Shown here: positions 47,898-57,217 of the stretch, in pieces
Numbering within the stretch: the first letter of the stretch is position 1
Layout: the number at the start of each line of letters is the position of its first letter
Assembly: GCA_965203055.1 (NCBI GenBank)
Contig: OZ241863.1
Span: 2,624,001 to 2,688,000 of the forward strand
Source: Spirochaetia bacterium
Lineage (GTDB): Bacteria > Spirochaetota > Spirochaetia > SZUA-6 > Bin103
Reading direction: 5' to 3'
DNA: 64,000 bases
Program-made: the position numbers and the translations under genes
The notes under the pieces: model-generated
Database searches by the model: none
Told to the model about the DNA's origin: nothing
The model's input: the letters and a program-made list of their open reading frames with translations, nothing else

Positions 47898-49058
47898 CTA
47901 CGGCGCGTAGACCGCCTCGCCGGTCTTGTGGGCGTTGATGAAGTCCCAGTCCAGGGGTACGCCGAGACCCGGCTGCTGCGGCACCTCCACGCAGCCGTTG
48001 GCGTCCACCGAGTCGACCTCGTCCATCCATTGGCGGTCGGGGTAGATCGGCGCCTTGGTCTCGCGCACCTTGTGAATGCCGACGCCCAGCTCAAAGTAGT
48101 TGGTGTTGCGGATGGCGGCCATGCAGTGGCGGTGCGCCAGGCCGCCGCCGTGCAACTCGACGTCGAGCCCGCTGGCCTCGGCGAGCGCCGCGATCTTCAT
48201 CACCCCGGTGATGCCGCCGTCCGCCTGGGCGCTGGCGCGCACGTAGTCGGCGGCGCCGGCGTGGATGGTGTCCATCTTCGCCTCCAGCCCGCGCACGTGC
48301 TCGCCCATCAACAGCGGCGTCTTGATCAGTTGGCGCAGCTTGGCATGCGCGAAGCGCGACAGCCCGCCGCCGCGGAAGGCGTCCTCATACCACATGTAGC
48401 GCGCCTCGTCGCAGGCGCGGCCCACGCGCAGCACGTCGTCGAAGGTGCCGAAGCCGCCCGCCGGATCGAGCATCAGGTCGAAGCGGTCGCCGACCGCCGC
48501 GCGCAGCGCCAGCACCGCGGCCACCTCGCGGTGGATCGAGCGGTTCACCCAGCCGTGGATCTTGAATGCCGGGTAGCCGTAGCGCTCCTTGCACAGCAGC
48601 GCGAACTCGGCGTAGTCCTGCGGCGTGGACAGCCCGCCGTTCTCGTCGCCGTGGTAGCTGCTGGCGTAGCACGGCAGCTTCTTGCGCCAGCCGCCGAGGA
48701 GCTGATAGACCGGCACGCCGCAGCGCTGGCCGGCGATGTCCCATAGCGCGATGTCCACCGCCCCCGGCGGCGTGCCGTCCGGCGAACGCCGCGAGCGCTT
48801 CAGGTCGTGCCAGATGATCTCGCGCTGCAGCGGGTCGCGGCCGAGCAGGTAGCGCGCGCTCCTGGCGTCCACCCCGCCGGGCACCTCGCCGCGTATGCCG
48901 GCATCCGTTTCGATGGTCAGAATGCTGCCGCCGGTGCGCAGCCGCGCGCCGGGCGTGTACAGCGTGTCCCAGCCGTAGCGCGGGTCCAGACTCAAGTCGG
49001 CCAGCTCATATTCGTAGTGCGTCACCACGATCCGGGTAATGGTCATTGTCGATGCCAC
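47898..49058 (-). CDS. Mandelate racemase/muconate-lactonizing (enolase superfamily) enzyme
   Basis: AVDIALWDIAG, PVYQLLGG, FKIH, LMLD, WYED, MGE, GGITG, VELH, PGLGV. Confidence 0.9.
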   Translation of the reverse strand: MASTMTITRIVVTHYEYELADLSLDPRYGWDTLYTPGARLRTGGSILTIETDAGIRGEVPGGVDARSARYLLGRDPLQREIIWHDLKRSRRSPDGTPPGAVDIALWDIAGQRCGVPVYQLLGGWRKKLPCYASSYHGDENGGLSTPQDYAEFALLCKERYGYPAFKIHGWVNRSIHREVAAVLALRAAVGDRFDLMLDPAGGFGTFDDVLRVGRACDEARYMWYEDAFRGGGLSRFAHAKLRQLIKTPLLMGEHVRGLEAKMDTIHAGAADYVRASAQADGGITGVMKIAALAEASGLDVELHGGGLAHRHCMAAIRNTNYFELGVGIHKVRETKAPIYPDRQWMDEVDSVDANGCVEVPQQPGLGVPLDWDFINAHKTGEAVYAP

Positions 49059-49089
49059 GCGTGCTCCAGTGCGCCGATCATACCGCGAT

Positions 49090-50535
49090 CTACGCGCGTT
49101 CGCCGACGTAGCGACCGGCGCCCTCCGGACGCGGCAGGCCGGCGTGGCGCGCTTGCAGCCGCGCCAGCCGGCCCGCTACCGGCGGCTCCGGGGGGCAACT
49201 GCGGCGGGTCTTCAGGTCCACGTGCAGCAGCAGATGCTCCCCGGTAGCGGCGAGCGCGCCGGCGCCGTTCTCGAGGCGGTGAAACAGATGCAGCTTCCGG
49301 CCCGCGCCGGCCAGGAGCTGAGTGGTCACCCGAATCGATTCGCCGCCGCGCACCTCCTCGAGGTGGCGGAGATGGGTCTCCACCGTGAAGTAGCTGTTGC
49401 CGCCGGCGACGTAGTCGGCGCCGGCGCCGAGCAGTTCCATGGTCCGGTCGCTGGCCTGCGCGAACAGTTCCAGGTAGTGGGCCTCATTCACGTGGCCGTT
49501 GTAGTCGGTCCAGCTCTGCGGGATCTGGCGCGCCGCGGTGACCGGAAGATCGCCGGCGCCGTTCTCCGCCGTCGGCAGGCTGCGCTCATGGGAGGCGATC
49601 GTGCGGCCGGCGCCGTGGTCGTTCTTGCGCAAGGCGCGCATGATGGCCACCAGATTGTCGTCCCGCAGGCGCTCCAACTCCCGTACCCCGCGCCCCCCGG
49701 CCTGGCGGTCGGACTGCTCCGCAATCCGCGCCGCCAACTCCCCGGTCAACTCCGGCACCTCGGTCAGCCGCGACCAGTTCCACTGCAGCGCCGGCCCGAA
49801 TTGCGCGATGAAGTGGGCCATTCCGGCATCGCCGCCGGCAATCCGGTAGGTCTCGAACAGGCCCATCTGCGCCCACCGCAAGCCGAAGCCGAAGCGTATC
49901 GCATCATCGATCTCGCCGGTGGAGGCTACCTGATCGCGAATCAGCCACAGCGCTTCCCGCCACACCGCCTCCAGCAGTCGGTCGGCGACGTGGGCGGCGA
50001 TCTCCTTGCGGATGAGCAGCGGCTGCATGCCGATGCCGCGCAGCAGGGCGACGGCCTGGTCGCGGGTCCGCGCGCAGGTCGCCGCCGAGGCGACCACCTC
50101 GACCAGCGGCAGGAGATATACCGGATTGAACGGATGACACACCAGAATCTGGCCCGGCCGCCGGGCGCCGCGCTGCAGCTCGGACGGGGTGAATCCGGAG
50201 GTGGAGGAAGCCACGATCGCCTGCGCCGGGGCGCGGCGCTGAATCTCGCCCAGGACCTGACGCTTGACCGGCAGCCGTTCGGGCACGCTCTCCTGGATCC
50301 AGGTCGCTTCCGCCACCGCCTCGGCGATGGTGGCGCGGAACGCCAGCGAACCCTCGTTCGGGAGCGCCCGGTCGTACAGCGCGGGCAGGCTGCGGCGGGC
50401 GTTGTCCAGCGCCCGTTGCAAGCGGCCTTCGGCCCCGGCGGCGGGATCGAACACCGCCACGTCCCAGCCGTTGAGCAGAAAGCGCGCCGCCCAGCCGCCG
50501 CCGATCACCCCGCCGCCGATGATGGCGGCGGTCAC
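49090..50535 (-). CDS. lcdH: L-carnitine 3-dehydrogenase fused to C-terminal thioesterase
   Basis: GGGVIGGGWAARFLLNG, QESVPE, HPFNPVYLLPLVE, GFGLRWAQMG; hotdog thioesterase WTDYNGHVNE. Confidence 0.9.
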   Translation of the reverse strand: MTAAIIGGGVIGGGWAARFLLNGWDVAVFDPAAGAEGRLQRALDNARRSLPALYDRALPNEGSLAFRATIAEAVAEATWIQESVPERLPVKRQVLGEIQRRAPAQAIVASSTSGFTPSELQRGARRPGQILVCHPFNPVYLLPLVEVVASAATCARTRDQAVALLRGIGMQPLLIRKEIAAHVADRLLEAVWREALWLIRDQVASTGEIDDAIRFGFGLRWAQMGLFETYRIAGGDAGMAHFIAQFGPALQWNWSRLTEVPELTGELAARIAEQSDRQAGGRGVRELERLRDDNLVAIMRALRKNDHGAGRTIASHERSLPTAENGAGDLPVTAARQIPQSWTDYNGHVNEAHYLELFAQASDRTMELLGAGADYVAGGNSYFTVETHLRHLEEVRGGESIRVTTQLLAGAGRKLHLFHRLENGAGALAATGEHLLLHVDLKTRRSCPPEPPVAGRLARLQARHAGLPRPEGAGRYVGERA

Positions 50536-51440
50536 TGCGGGGCTCGTTTGGTCAGCTTCAGCCGCCGGCGCACCCGGTCCGGGCCGATCACCGCGGCGCC
50601 GAGGCGCTCGATGATGGTTACGGCGCGCTCGACGAGCTGGGCGTTGGTGGCCAGCACGCCCCGGGAGAGATACAGGTTGTCTTCCAGTCCGACGCGGACG
50701 TTGCCGCCGGCGAGCACGGCCGCGGCGACGTAGGGCATCTGGTTGCGGCCCAACGCGAAGGCGGAGAACACCCAGTCGCGCGGCACGTTGTTGACCATTG
50801 CCAGCAACGTGTTCAGGTCATCCGGCGCGCCCCAGGGGATGCCCATGCAGAGCTGCAGCAGCGGCGGGGGTTCCACGATTCCCTCGTCCACCAGCCGCCG
50901 GGCGAACCACAGGTGGCCGCTGTCGAAGGCCTCGATTTCCGGCTTCACCCCAAGGTCCTTCATCATCTTCCCCATCGCCCGCAGCATGCCGGGGGTATTG
51001 GTCATCACGTAGTCCGCCTCGGCGAAGTTCATCGTGCCGCAGTCGAGGGTGCAGAGCTCGGGCCGGCATTCCACGATCGGCGCCAGGCGCTCGCCGGCGC
51101 CCGCCATGTCGGTGCCGGGATGCGGCGGCAGCGGCCGTTCGGGCGGGCCGAAGATCATGTCGCCGCCCATGCCGGTGGTCAGGTTCAACACCACGTCGAC
51201 GTCCGCGGCGCGAATCCGCTCGGTCACTTCGCGGTAATACTCGGTCTTGCGGCTCGGCTTGCCGGTCTCGGGATCGCGCACGTGACAGTGCACGATCGCG
51301 GCGCCCGCCCTGGCCGCGGCGATCGCGCTGGCGGCAATTTGCCGCGGACTGCGGGGCACGTGCGGACTGCGCTCCTGGGTGGCGCCGGCGCCGGTTACCG
51401 CGGCGGTAACGAACACCTCCCGCGAGCAGGCAAGGGGCAC
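50532..51440 (-). CDS. Beta-keto acid cleavage enzyme (DUF849/BKACE), probable 3-dehydrocarnitine cleavage enzyme
   Basis: TAAVTG, HCHVRDP, TLDCGTMNF, KPEIEAFD, VRVGLEDN; adjacent to lcdH. Confidence 0.9.
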   Translation of the reverse strand: MPLACSREVFVTAAVTGAGATQERSPHVPRSPRQIAASAIAAARAGAAIVHCHVRDPETGKPSRKTEYYREVTERIRAADVDVVLNLTTGMGGDMIFGPPERPLPPHPGTDMAGAGERLAPIVECRPELCTLDCGTMNFAEADYVMTNTPGMLRAMGKMMKDLGVKPEIEAFDSGHLWFARRLVDEGIVEPPPLLQLCMGIPWGAPDDLNTLLAMVNNVPRDWVFSAFALGRNQMPYVAAAVLAGGNVRVGLEDNLYLSRGVLATNAQLVERAVTIIERLGAAVIGPDRVRRRLKLTKRAPQ

Positions 51441-51442
51441 GA

Positions 51443-52648
51443 CTAGCTCCCGGCGCCCTGCTCGACCAGCCGCCGCCGCTGCGCCCGCGCCAACATGCGC
51501 AGGCTGGACTCCAGCTCCTCGCGCTCGCTGTAGCAGCCGCGCAGCCAGCGGCGGCCCGAGGTCGGGTCGAAGGCGGTGCGCCCGTGCAGTACGCGGCGGT
51601 TGTCGAAGCAGGCCAGGTCACCGGGGCGCAGCCGCAGGCGGAGCTGGTTGCCGGGGTCGTTCGCCAGGCGCTGAAACCGCTTGAAGGCGGCGTAGAACGC
51701 CTTGATGGTGGCGGTGTCGCCGCTCATCGGGTTGCGCAGCCACCACGTGTAGCGCACCGCGGCAAGCTCGCCGCGGGCATCCAGCTCCAATACCGGGGCG
51801 CGGAAGCGGTGGTCGGAATCACGGTTGCGGGTACCGAACGGCACCGCCACCGTCGCCAGCAGGGTGAAGTCGTCGGGAGACTCGGCCCTGAGCTGCTCGG
51901 CCACCGCGTAGCCGTCGACGAAGATGCTGTCGCCGCCGGCGCAGGAGTTGTGCAGGCAGAACAGAAACTGCAGTCCGGGCACGTACTCGCGGGTGCTGAG
52001 GTCGTTGTGCGCCGCCAGGGCGACGCTGGTAAAGGCGTTGCTGTTGGCGTCCGGGCGGCTCTCCACCTCCCAGACGTCGCCGTAGTTCGAGTTGCGCAGG
52101 CAGCCGACGCGGCGCGGAATCTCCGGCACGATGGCCGGGTCCCGGGGCAGATCCTCGACCAAGCCCAGCCCGTCGACGTGAATGGCGGTCAACCAGGCGC
52201 CGAGAGCCGCTTCGTCGCCGGCGCGGATGGCGGCGCCGGACACCCGCGTGAGCGGCAGGCGCTGCGCCCGGCCCGGCTCCCACAGGCGGCGCGCCGGCAG
52301 CTCCTCCGCGGGCGCCTCGGGGCGGTGCGCCCACAGCCAGCCGGGATGATAGCGGCTCACCAACCCCTCCGGGTGCCAGGTAACGGCGAGGAGGCCGTCG
52401 GGCTGCACCTCCGCGGCCGCGGCGCGCAGCTCATCCGGCAGGTCGACGAGCATGATCAGCTGCTCGCGCGTCACCGGATGAATGGTGCCGAAGTCAGGGC
52501 TGAACTCCCGTAACCACACACTCGGCAGCAAGCTGCCGCTGCCGTCGCTCCAGCGCACCGCCACGTCGCCGTCTACGATGCGCGCCCCGCTGAGCGCCTG
52601 AGCCGCGGGATAGGCATCGTAGTCCGGCACCAACAACGCATCGGTCAT
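51443..52648 (-). CDS. Gamma-butyrobetaine dioxygenase-like Fe(II)/2-oxoglutarate enzyme (TauD/TfdA family)
   Basis: GBBH-type N-terminal domain (VRWSDG...WLRE), HND facial motif, PGLQFLFC, VDG, DNRRVLHGR, RWLRGCY; SD GGAGG. Confidence 0.85.
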   Translation of the reverse strand: MTDALLVPDYDAYPAAQALSGARIVDGDVAVRWSDGSGSLLPSVWLREFSPDFGTIHPVTREQLIMLVDLPDELRAAAAEVQPDGLLAVTWHPEGLVSRYHPGWLWAHRPEAPAEELPARRLWEPGRAQRLPLTRVSGAAIRAGDEAALGAWLTAIHVDGLGLVEDLPRDPAIVPEIPRRVGCLRNSNYGDVWEVESRPDANSNAFTSVALAAHNDLSTREYVPGLQFLFCLHNSCAGGDSIFVDGYAVAEQLRAESPDDFTLLATVAVPFGTRNRDSDHRFRAPVLELDARGELAAVRYTWWLRNPMSGDTATIKAFYAAFKRFQRLANDPGNQLRLRLRPGDLACFDNRRVLHGRTAFDPTSGRRWLRGCYSEREELESSLRMLARAQRRRLVEQGAGS

Positions 52649-52654
52649 GGCACC

Positions 52655-52732
52655 CTCCGATCAGCACGGCGCGGTAACCGGATGGAGACTTCGCCGACCA
52701 GCTCGACGAGCTCCGATCAGCACGGCGCCGTA
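52655..52732. repeat. 22-bp direct repeat (21/22 identical)
   Basis: CTCCGATCAGCACGGCGC(G/C)GTA at 52655-52676 and 52711-52732. Confidence 0.9.
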
Positions 52733-52802
52733 CCAGCCGTCTATACCGTAATAATTACCAATCAGGTTTCGAGGCTGGCAAGGGCTTTGCCAAAAAAACC
52801 AG

Positions 52803-54344
52803 TCAGACGGCGCGCATCCGCCAACCGCGTACGCGGTGCGCCAGCGCGGCGCCGCCGCGGCTGAACAGCTTCACCTGCAGCGCGTCCGGGCGGGTCGGGT
52901 AGATACGTTGCGCGAGGAAGCGCTCGAACTGCCGCGCCCCCGCGCCTGCGCCCGCAAACACCTCCACCACCGAGTGGTCGACGAACACCCGCAACGTCAC
53001 CGGCGCGGCCGGGTCGAACTGCAACGGCGCGCGCTGCACCGGCCGCGCGAGCTTCGCGTCCCAGCGGGCAAAGGCAAGGTCGCGGCGCCGGCTCGCCCTG
53101 CCGAACTCGATCTCGACCGCGCGCTCGGCGGCGTTGAGCGCCACCGCGGTTTCCTCGGCGCCGTCCGGGGAACAGCGCACCTTGAGGCCGCAGACGCCGG
53201 CGCTGCCGGCCGTGATCCGCAACTCGAGCTCCAGCGCGGCGCCGCTGATCTCCGGGAGCTCCACCTCCACTTCGGCCCCGGCGCCCGCGGTAAGCGCAAC
53301 GTTGGCGCGCTCGCTCGGCCGATGCCGCAGCGCCCGCAACTCGGCGACCGGCGCGAAACGTACCGACTGGCCTCCGGGGGCGAGGGTCAGCTCCACCGGC
53401 AGGCTCATGCAGCCGCTCCACCCCGCCGCCACCAGCTCCTCCGCCGGGCGCCGCTCGTTGAGGTTGGCGAACATGATGCGGCGGCCCTGACCGTCGAGCA
53501 GCGCGCGCGGCGCGTGCAGGTTGCCGCCCGGCCAGTTGATGCGGTCGAAGCTGTGCGGCTGGAACTGCCGGTCGCGGTAGCTGCCGAGGTAATAGCGGCT
53601 GCCGCCGGGCGCGTGGTGGCAGAAGTGCAGCAGCATCCAGGTGGCCGCCTCCTCGGGGCCGATGCGGAAGAACTCCGGGCAGGCGCAGTCATCGCCGGCC
53701 GCGGTCCACCTGCGCTGCGACCGGTAGAACTGGTGCACGTACTCCCAGGCCGCGGTGTCGGCGGAGCGCGCGGCCGGCGCCAGCGGGTTCCGGCTGCGGA
53801 ACAGGTGCTGGGCGTCGCCGCCGCGGCGCACGTCGCGGGTACCGGTAAGCAGGTAGCACCACTCGCCCTCCTGCCAGGCGGTGACGTCGTTGTTGCTCGG
53901 GTAGAGCGAGTTGCCTTGCACCGGATGGCGCAGCACCGCGCTTGCCGGGTCGAACCGCCACCGCTCCAGGTCGCCCTCCGGGTTGCTGGCGAAGCAACTG
54001 GCGCCGCCGCCGTCAGGGTGCGGAAAGACGATCATCGGCGTGCCGTTCCAGGAGAACAGGTTGCCGGTCTGACCGCGCGCCACGGCATCGGGGTGGCGCG
54101 CCCAATGCGCCAGGTCGGCGCTGGAGACGTGCGCCCACGCCTTGTAGTTGTAGCCGTCGGAACGTTTCGACGGTCCGGCGGCGGCCCAGGAGTCGTGCAG
54201 GTAGAACAGGTGGTAGCGGCCGGCGTGGAACACCGCGGCGCACGGATCCCACAACAGCCCCTCATCCGGCAGGTGGTGATAGCTTGGGCGGTGGCGGTCC
54301 AGGATCAGTCGATCTCCAGGACTTCGGGGGACAGTTGATACCAC
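52803..54344 (-). CDS. Glycoside hydrolase family 32-like protein
   Basis: HRPSYH, WDP, YHLFY, WAHVSSADLAHW, CPEFF, GWSGCMSLP, LRVFVDHSVVEVF, RIYP. Start uncertain (GTG 54344 or CTG 54308). Confidence 0.85.
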   Translation of the reverse strand: MVSTVPRSPGDRLILDRHRPSYHHLPDEGLLWDPCAAVFHAGRYHLFYLHDSWAAAGPSKRSDGYNYKAWAHVSSADLAHWARHPDAVARGQTGNLFSWNGTPMIVFPHPDGGGASCFASNPEGDLERWRFDPASAVLRHPVQGNSLYPSNNDVTAWQEGEWCYLLTGTRDVRRGGDAQHLFRSRNPLAPAARSADTAAWEYVHQFYRSQRRWTAAGDDCACPEFFRIGPEEAATWMLLHFCHHAPGGSRYYLGSYRDRQFQPHSFDRINWPGGNLHAPRALLDGQGRRIMFANLNERRPAEELVAAGWSGCMSLPVELTLAPGGQSVRFAPVAELRALRHRPSERANVALTAGAGAEVEVELPEISGAALELELRITAGSAGVCGLKVRCSPDGAEETAVALNAAERAVEIEFGRASRRRDLAFARWDAKLARPVQRAPLQFDPAAPVTLRVFVDHSVVEVFAGAGAGARQFERFLAQRIYPTRPDALQVKLFSRGGAALAHRVRGWRMRAV

Positions 54345-55036
54345 GCCACGGCGCCCGACTCCACGTCGCGGCGAATGCGCTCGTCGAACCGCAGGCCGGC
54401 CACCATGGCAAACGCGCGCCGGCCGGTAAACCGGGTCAGGAACCGCGCGTTGCGCTGGGCGCGCGTGGTGTCGCGGCCGTTGGCCGTGTAGGAGACCTCG
54501 ACCGCCAAGTAGCACTCCTCTCCCGCCGCGTCGGTCGCGCACAGCATGATGTCCGCCAGCCGAAAGCTGCGCATCTCGTGCCTGGAGATGCCGTCGGTGT
54601 CGGACGATCGTACCAGATCCCGAATCTCCTCCCGGTCGAGGGTGCGGACGAACTCGAGGCCCTGCTCCTCAGCCATCAGATCGGCTTCGCGCAGGGCCGC
54701 GGTCCTGGCATGGGCGGCTTTGAGAGGAGCAATGTCAATGCGGATCTGTTGCATTTGCCGCTCCAGCGCTTCGACCCGGCGCTCCAACGCCTCAAGCCGG
54801 CGCTCAATCAGTTCAAGCCGGCGCTCCACCAGTTCAAGCTGGCGCTCCAGCGTATCGAGCCGGCCCTCGACGGCAGCGAAGCGGCGCTCGGCGGCAGCCG
54901 CAAACTCCGCCAGCTTCTGCGGCATCTCCAGCAACTCGCGCGTGAGCAGCCGCCCCCGCAACGCTTCCAGCCACTGCGGGTGCCGATCCAGAACCTGGAC
55001 CAAATCCTCTACCGTTGCTATCTGCGCCGGCTGCAT
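54305..55036 (-). CDS. Heptad coiled-coil protein with C-terminal PD-(D/E)XK-like domain
   Basis: N-terminal HPQWLEALR..LLTRELL, LExxERR heptads, ADIML...YLAVEVSY...RAQRNA. Confidence 0.75.
   Translation of the reverse strand: MQPAQIATVEDLVQVLDRHPQWLEALRGRLLTRELLEMPQKLAEFAAAAERRFAAVEGRLDTLERQLELVERRLELIERRLEALERRVEALERQMQQIRIDIAPLKAAHARTAALREADLMAEEQGLEFVRTLDREEIRDLVRSSDTDGISRHEMRSFRLADIMLCATDAAGEECYLAVEVSYTANGRDTTRAQRNARFLTRFTGRRAFAMVAGLRFDERIRRDVESGAVAWYQLSPEVLEID
54760..54864. repeat. Five degenerate 21-bp tandem repeats encoding heptads
   Basis: Units start at 54760, 54781, 54802, 54823 and 54844, e.g. GCTCCAACGCCTCAAGCCGGC / GCTCAATCAGTTCAAGCCGGC. Confidence 0.85.
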
Positions 55037-55055
55037 CCGCCTCGCCTCACTGCCC

Positions 55056-55085
55056 AACCTATCCCCCGGCCGCCCCGACCGTCAA
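55056..55085 (-). promoter_or_regulatory. Putative promoter of the heptad-repeat gene
   Basis: TTGACG-18 nt-TAGGTT. Confidence 0.5.
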
Positions 55086-55111
55086 CACGCCGCGGCGCGG
55101 CGGGTCTGTGG

Positions 55112-56317
55112 TTACTTGACCGCCATGTCGCCGATCGATTGTTCCAGCTCGGCGGCGTATCGGGGGCGGATGCGGGGCTTGGCCGGTACCTCTTCTTCGC
55201 GCAGCACCGGCGGGTGCGCGGTAGGCGGCAGCGGCGTGTCGAACTGATAGCTCGGGTCATGCTGCTGGCGCCGCCGGATGTCCAGCATCTCGCGCCAGGC
55301 GCCCCACAACGTGCGCGGCTGCGGCATGTCATCTTTGATGACCCGGTGCAGCCGGGCCAGATTGTAGCACGGCACCCCGGCGTACATGTGGTGCTCGGTG
55401 TGCCAGTTCATGCCCCAATACAGGAACTCGGAGATCGGATCGAGGGTATTGCTGCGCACGCACATACGGAAATCGGGAACGTTGTCGCGCAGCCCGCAGT
55501 GCATGGGGCCGCCGACCAGCCAGCGCAACCAAGTGCCGATGCCCAGGTGCGCGAGCAGCAGCAACGCCACGATCGGCGCCCCGAGCAGAATGGGTACGGC
55601 GCCCGCGGCCGCCAGGTAGAGCAGGCCCAGGCGCGCCCACCACACCGCCTTGCGGCGGGCGCCCGGCGCATCGCGGTAGAGCGCCTCCATCCAGCCGCCA
55701 TCGTCGTCGCCGCCGCGCCCGGTCGCCGGCGGATACCGGTCCAGCGCCGTGGTCCCGTACTGGCGCAATATCGTCCAGATCCCCGACGACTGGTAGCCGC
55801 CGGTGACGTTCACCGTGAACAACTGCAGGAGGTAGAAGAAGCGCCACGTCGGATCCTGCGGCAGCACCACCTCACGGTCGCCGGCGGGGTGCAGCGTGTA
55901 GCGGTGATGGTAGCTGTGGCTCAGCTTGAAGTCGTAGACGTTGGCGAAGCCGAGCAGGCAGTAGACGCGCATGAACAACCCGTTGAGCCACTTGGTGCGG
56001 AACACGGTGCCGTGGCCGAGTTCGTGAATCGCCGCGCCCTTGAAGAACGAACCGACGGTGCCGTGGGCGACCAGCGCCGCGCCGAACGGTGCCCACAGTT
56101 GCTCGACGAACAGGAGGCAGGCGGCTGTTCCGGTCGCGCCCCACAGCAGCAGATGCCCCACCGACTGCGCCGCGCCGCGCCAATCACTGCGCCGCATCAG
56201 CTCGCGCAACAGCGCGGGATCGATCGGACAACGGTACCACTTGACCCGCAGGGTCCGGCGGACCTCGGCCAGCGGCCGGTACGCGGCCGCCGCGCCGCCG
56301 GTATCGTTCGCCCTCAC
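55112..56317 (-). CDS. Membrane di-iron fatty-acid-desaturase-family oxygenase (MocD-like)
   Basis: His boxes HELGH, HSYHH, HTEHH; TM segments; GTGA overlap with the upstream gene. Confidence 0.85.
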   Translation of the reverse strand: MRANDTGGAAAAYRPLAEVRRTLRVKWYRCPIDPALLRELMRRSDWRGAAQSVGHLLLWGATGTAACLLFVEQLWAPFGAALVAHGTVGSFFKGAAIHELGHGTVFRTKWLNGLFMRVYCLLGFANVYDFKLSHSYHHRYTLHPAGDREVVLPQDPTWRFFYLLQLFTVNVTGGYQSSGIWTILRQYGTTALDRYPPATGRGGDDDGGWMEALYRDAPGARRKAVWWARLGLLYLAAAGAVPILLGAPIVALLLLAHLGIGTWLRWLVGGPMHCGLRDNVPDFRMCVRSNTLDPISEFLYWGMNWHTEHHMYAGVPCYNLARLHRVIKDDMPQPRTLWGAWREMLDIRRRQQHDPSYQFDTPLPPTAHPPVLREEEVPAKPRIRPRYAAELEQSIGDMAVK

Positions 56318-57201
56318 GGTTCCGACGCTGCGCCTTGGAGCGCGCCGGCGCGGCGGAGCACTTCCCGGGTGCTGGCGTACACGACGCCGAGCGCCTGCTC
56401 CAGGGGCATCGCCTGCAGCCGGGTGGCGGCGGGCTCGAACGGCTCCACCCACACCGGACCCGCGTAGCCCAACTCGTGCAGGGCGCGAATCGCCGCCACG
56501 CTGTCGATGACCCCGGTAGCCAGCGGCAGCTCCCGTTCCAGGTCCTCCTGCTGCTCGCGGGAACGGCCCTTCCAGCCGTCGTTGAGATGCACGCCGACCA
56601 CGCGGTCGCCGCGGCCCAGCAGCTTGATCTGGTCGAGGGTAGCCCCGGACGTATACCAGTGGTAGGTATCGAACTGCACGCCCACCTGCGGCGAGATGGC
56701 ATCGGCCAGCGCCAGGAGGTCCGGCAACGTCCAGATGAACGGGTAGCGAAACGAGTCGCGCAGCGGCTTCGGTCCCAGGAACTCCAGGCCCGCCTGCAGG
56801 CCGTGCGCGCGGGCCGCCTCGAACACCTGGCCGAAGCGGTCCACGCACCAGGCGAAGTTGGCGTCCCGCGCGCGTTCGTTGCTGCCCGGCCAGACGTGGT
56901 TGTAGTAGCGCGGCACGCCGGCCTCCTGCGCCAGATCCATCTGCCGCCGCAGTCGCTCCAGGTCGGCCGCAAACTCCGCGCCGGAGCATTCGCGCAGCAT
57001 GTCGAGGTCCATCGGCATGATCGACCACTGCAGGCCGTGGTCGCTGACCAGGGCGGCGGCCGCCTGCGCCTGCCGGACGCTGCCTATTTCCCGGAGGGGG
57101 AAGGTCACTGCGTCGAAGCCGCACCGCTGAGCCGGCGGCAGGACCGCGGCCAGCGGCACCCGGCCCAGTCCCGACTGGTTGGGGTCGAGGTTGATCTGCA
57201 T
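56314..57201 (-). CDS. Sugar phosphate isomerase/epimerase (xylose-isomerase-like TIM barrel)
   Basis: GLEFLG, FDTYHW, VHLND, GYAGPVWVEPF. Confidence 0.88.
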   Translation of the reverse strand: MQINLDPNQSGLGRVPLAAVLPPAQRCGFDAVTFPLREIGSVRQAQAAAALVSDHGLQWSIMPMDLDMLRECSGAEFAADLERLRRQMDLAQEAGVPRYYNHVWPGSNERARDANFAWCVDRFGQVFEAARAHGLQAGLEFLGPKPLRDSFRYPFIWTLPDLLALADAISPQVGVQFDTYHWYTSGATLDQIKLLGRGDRVVGVHLNDGWKGRSREQQEDLERELPLATGVIDSVAAIRALHELGYAGPVWVEPFEPAATRLQAMPLEQALGVVYASTREVLRRAGALQGAASEP

Positions 57202-57217
57202 GCGCGCCTCCGGGCGT

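Noticed and set aside
54760..54864. Possible CRISPR array
   Set aside because: Contiguous degenerate 21-mers with no spacers, in frame within a CDS; no cas genes in the window.
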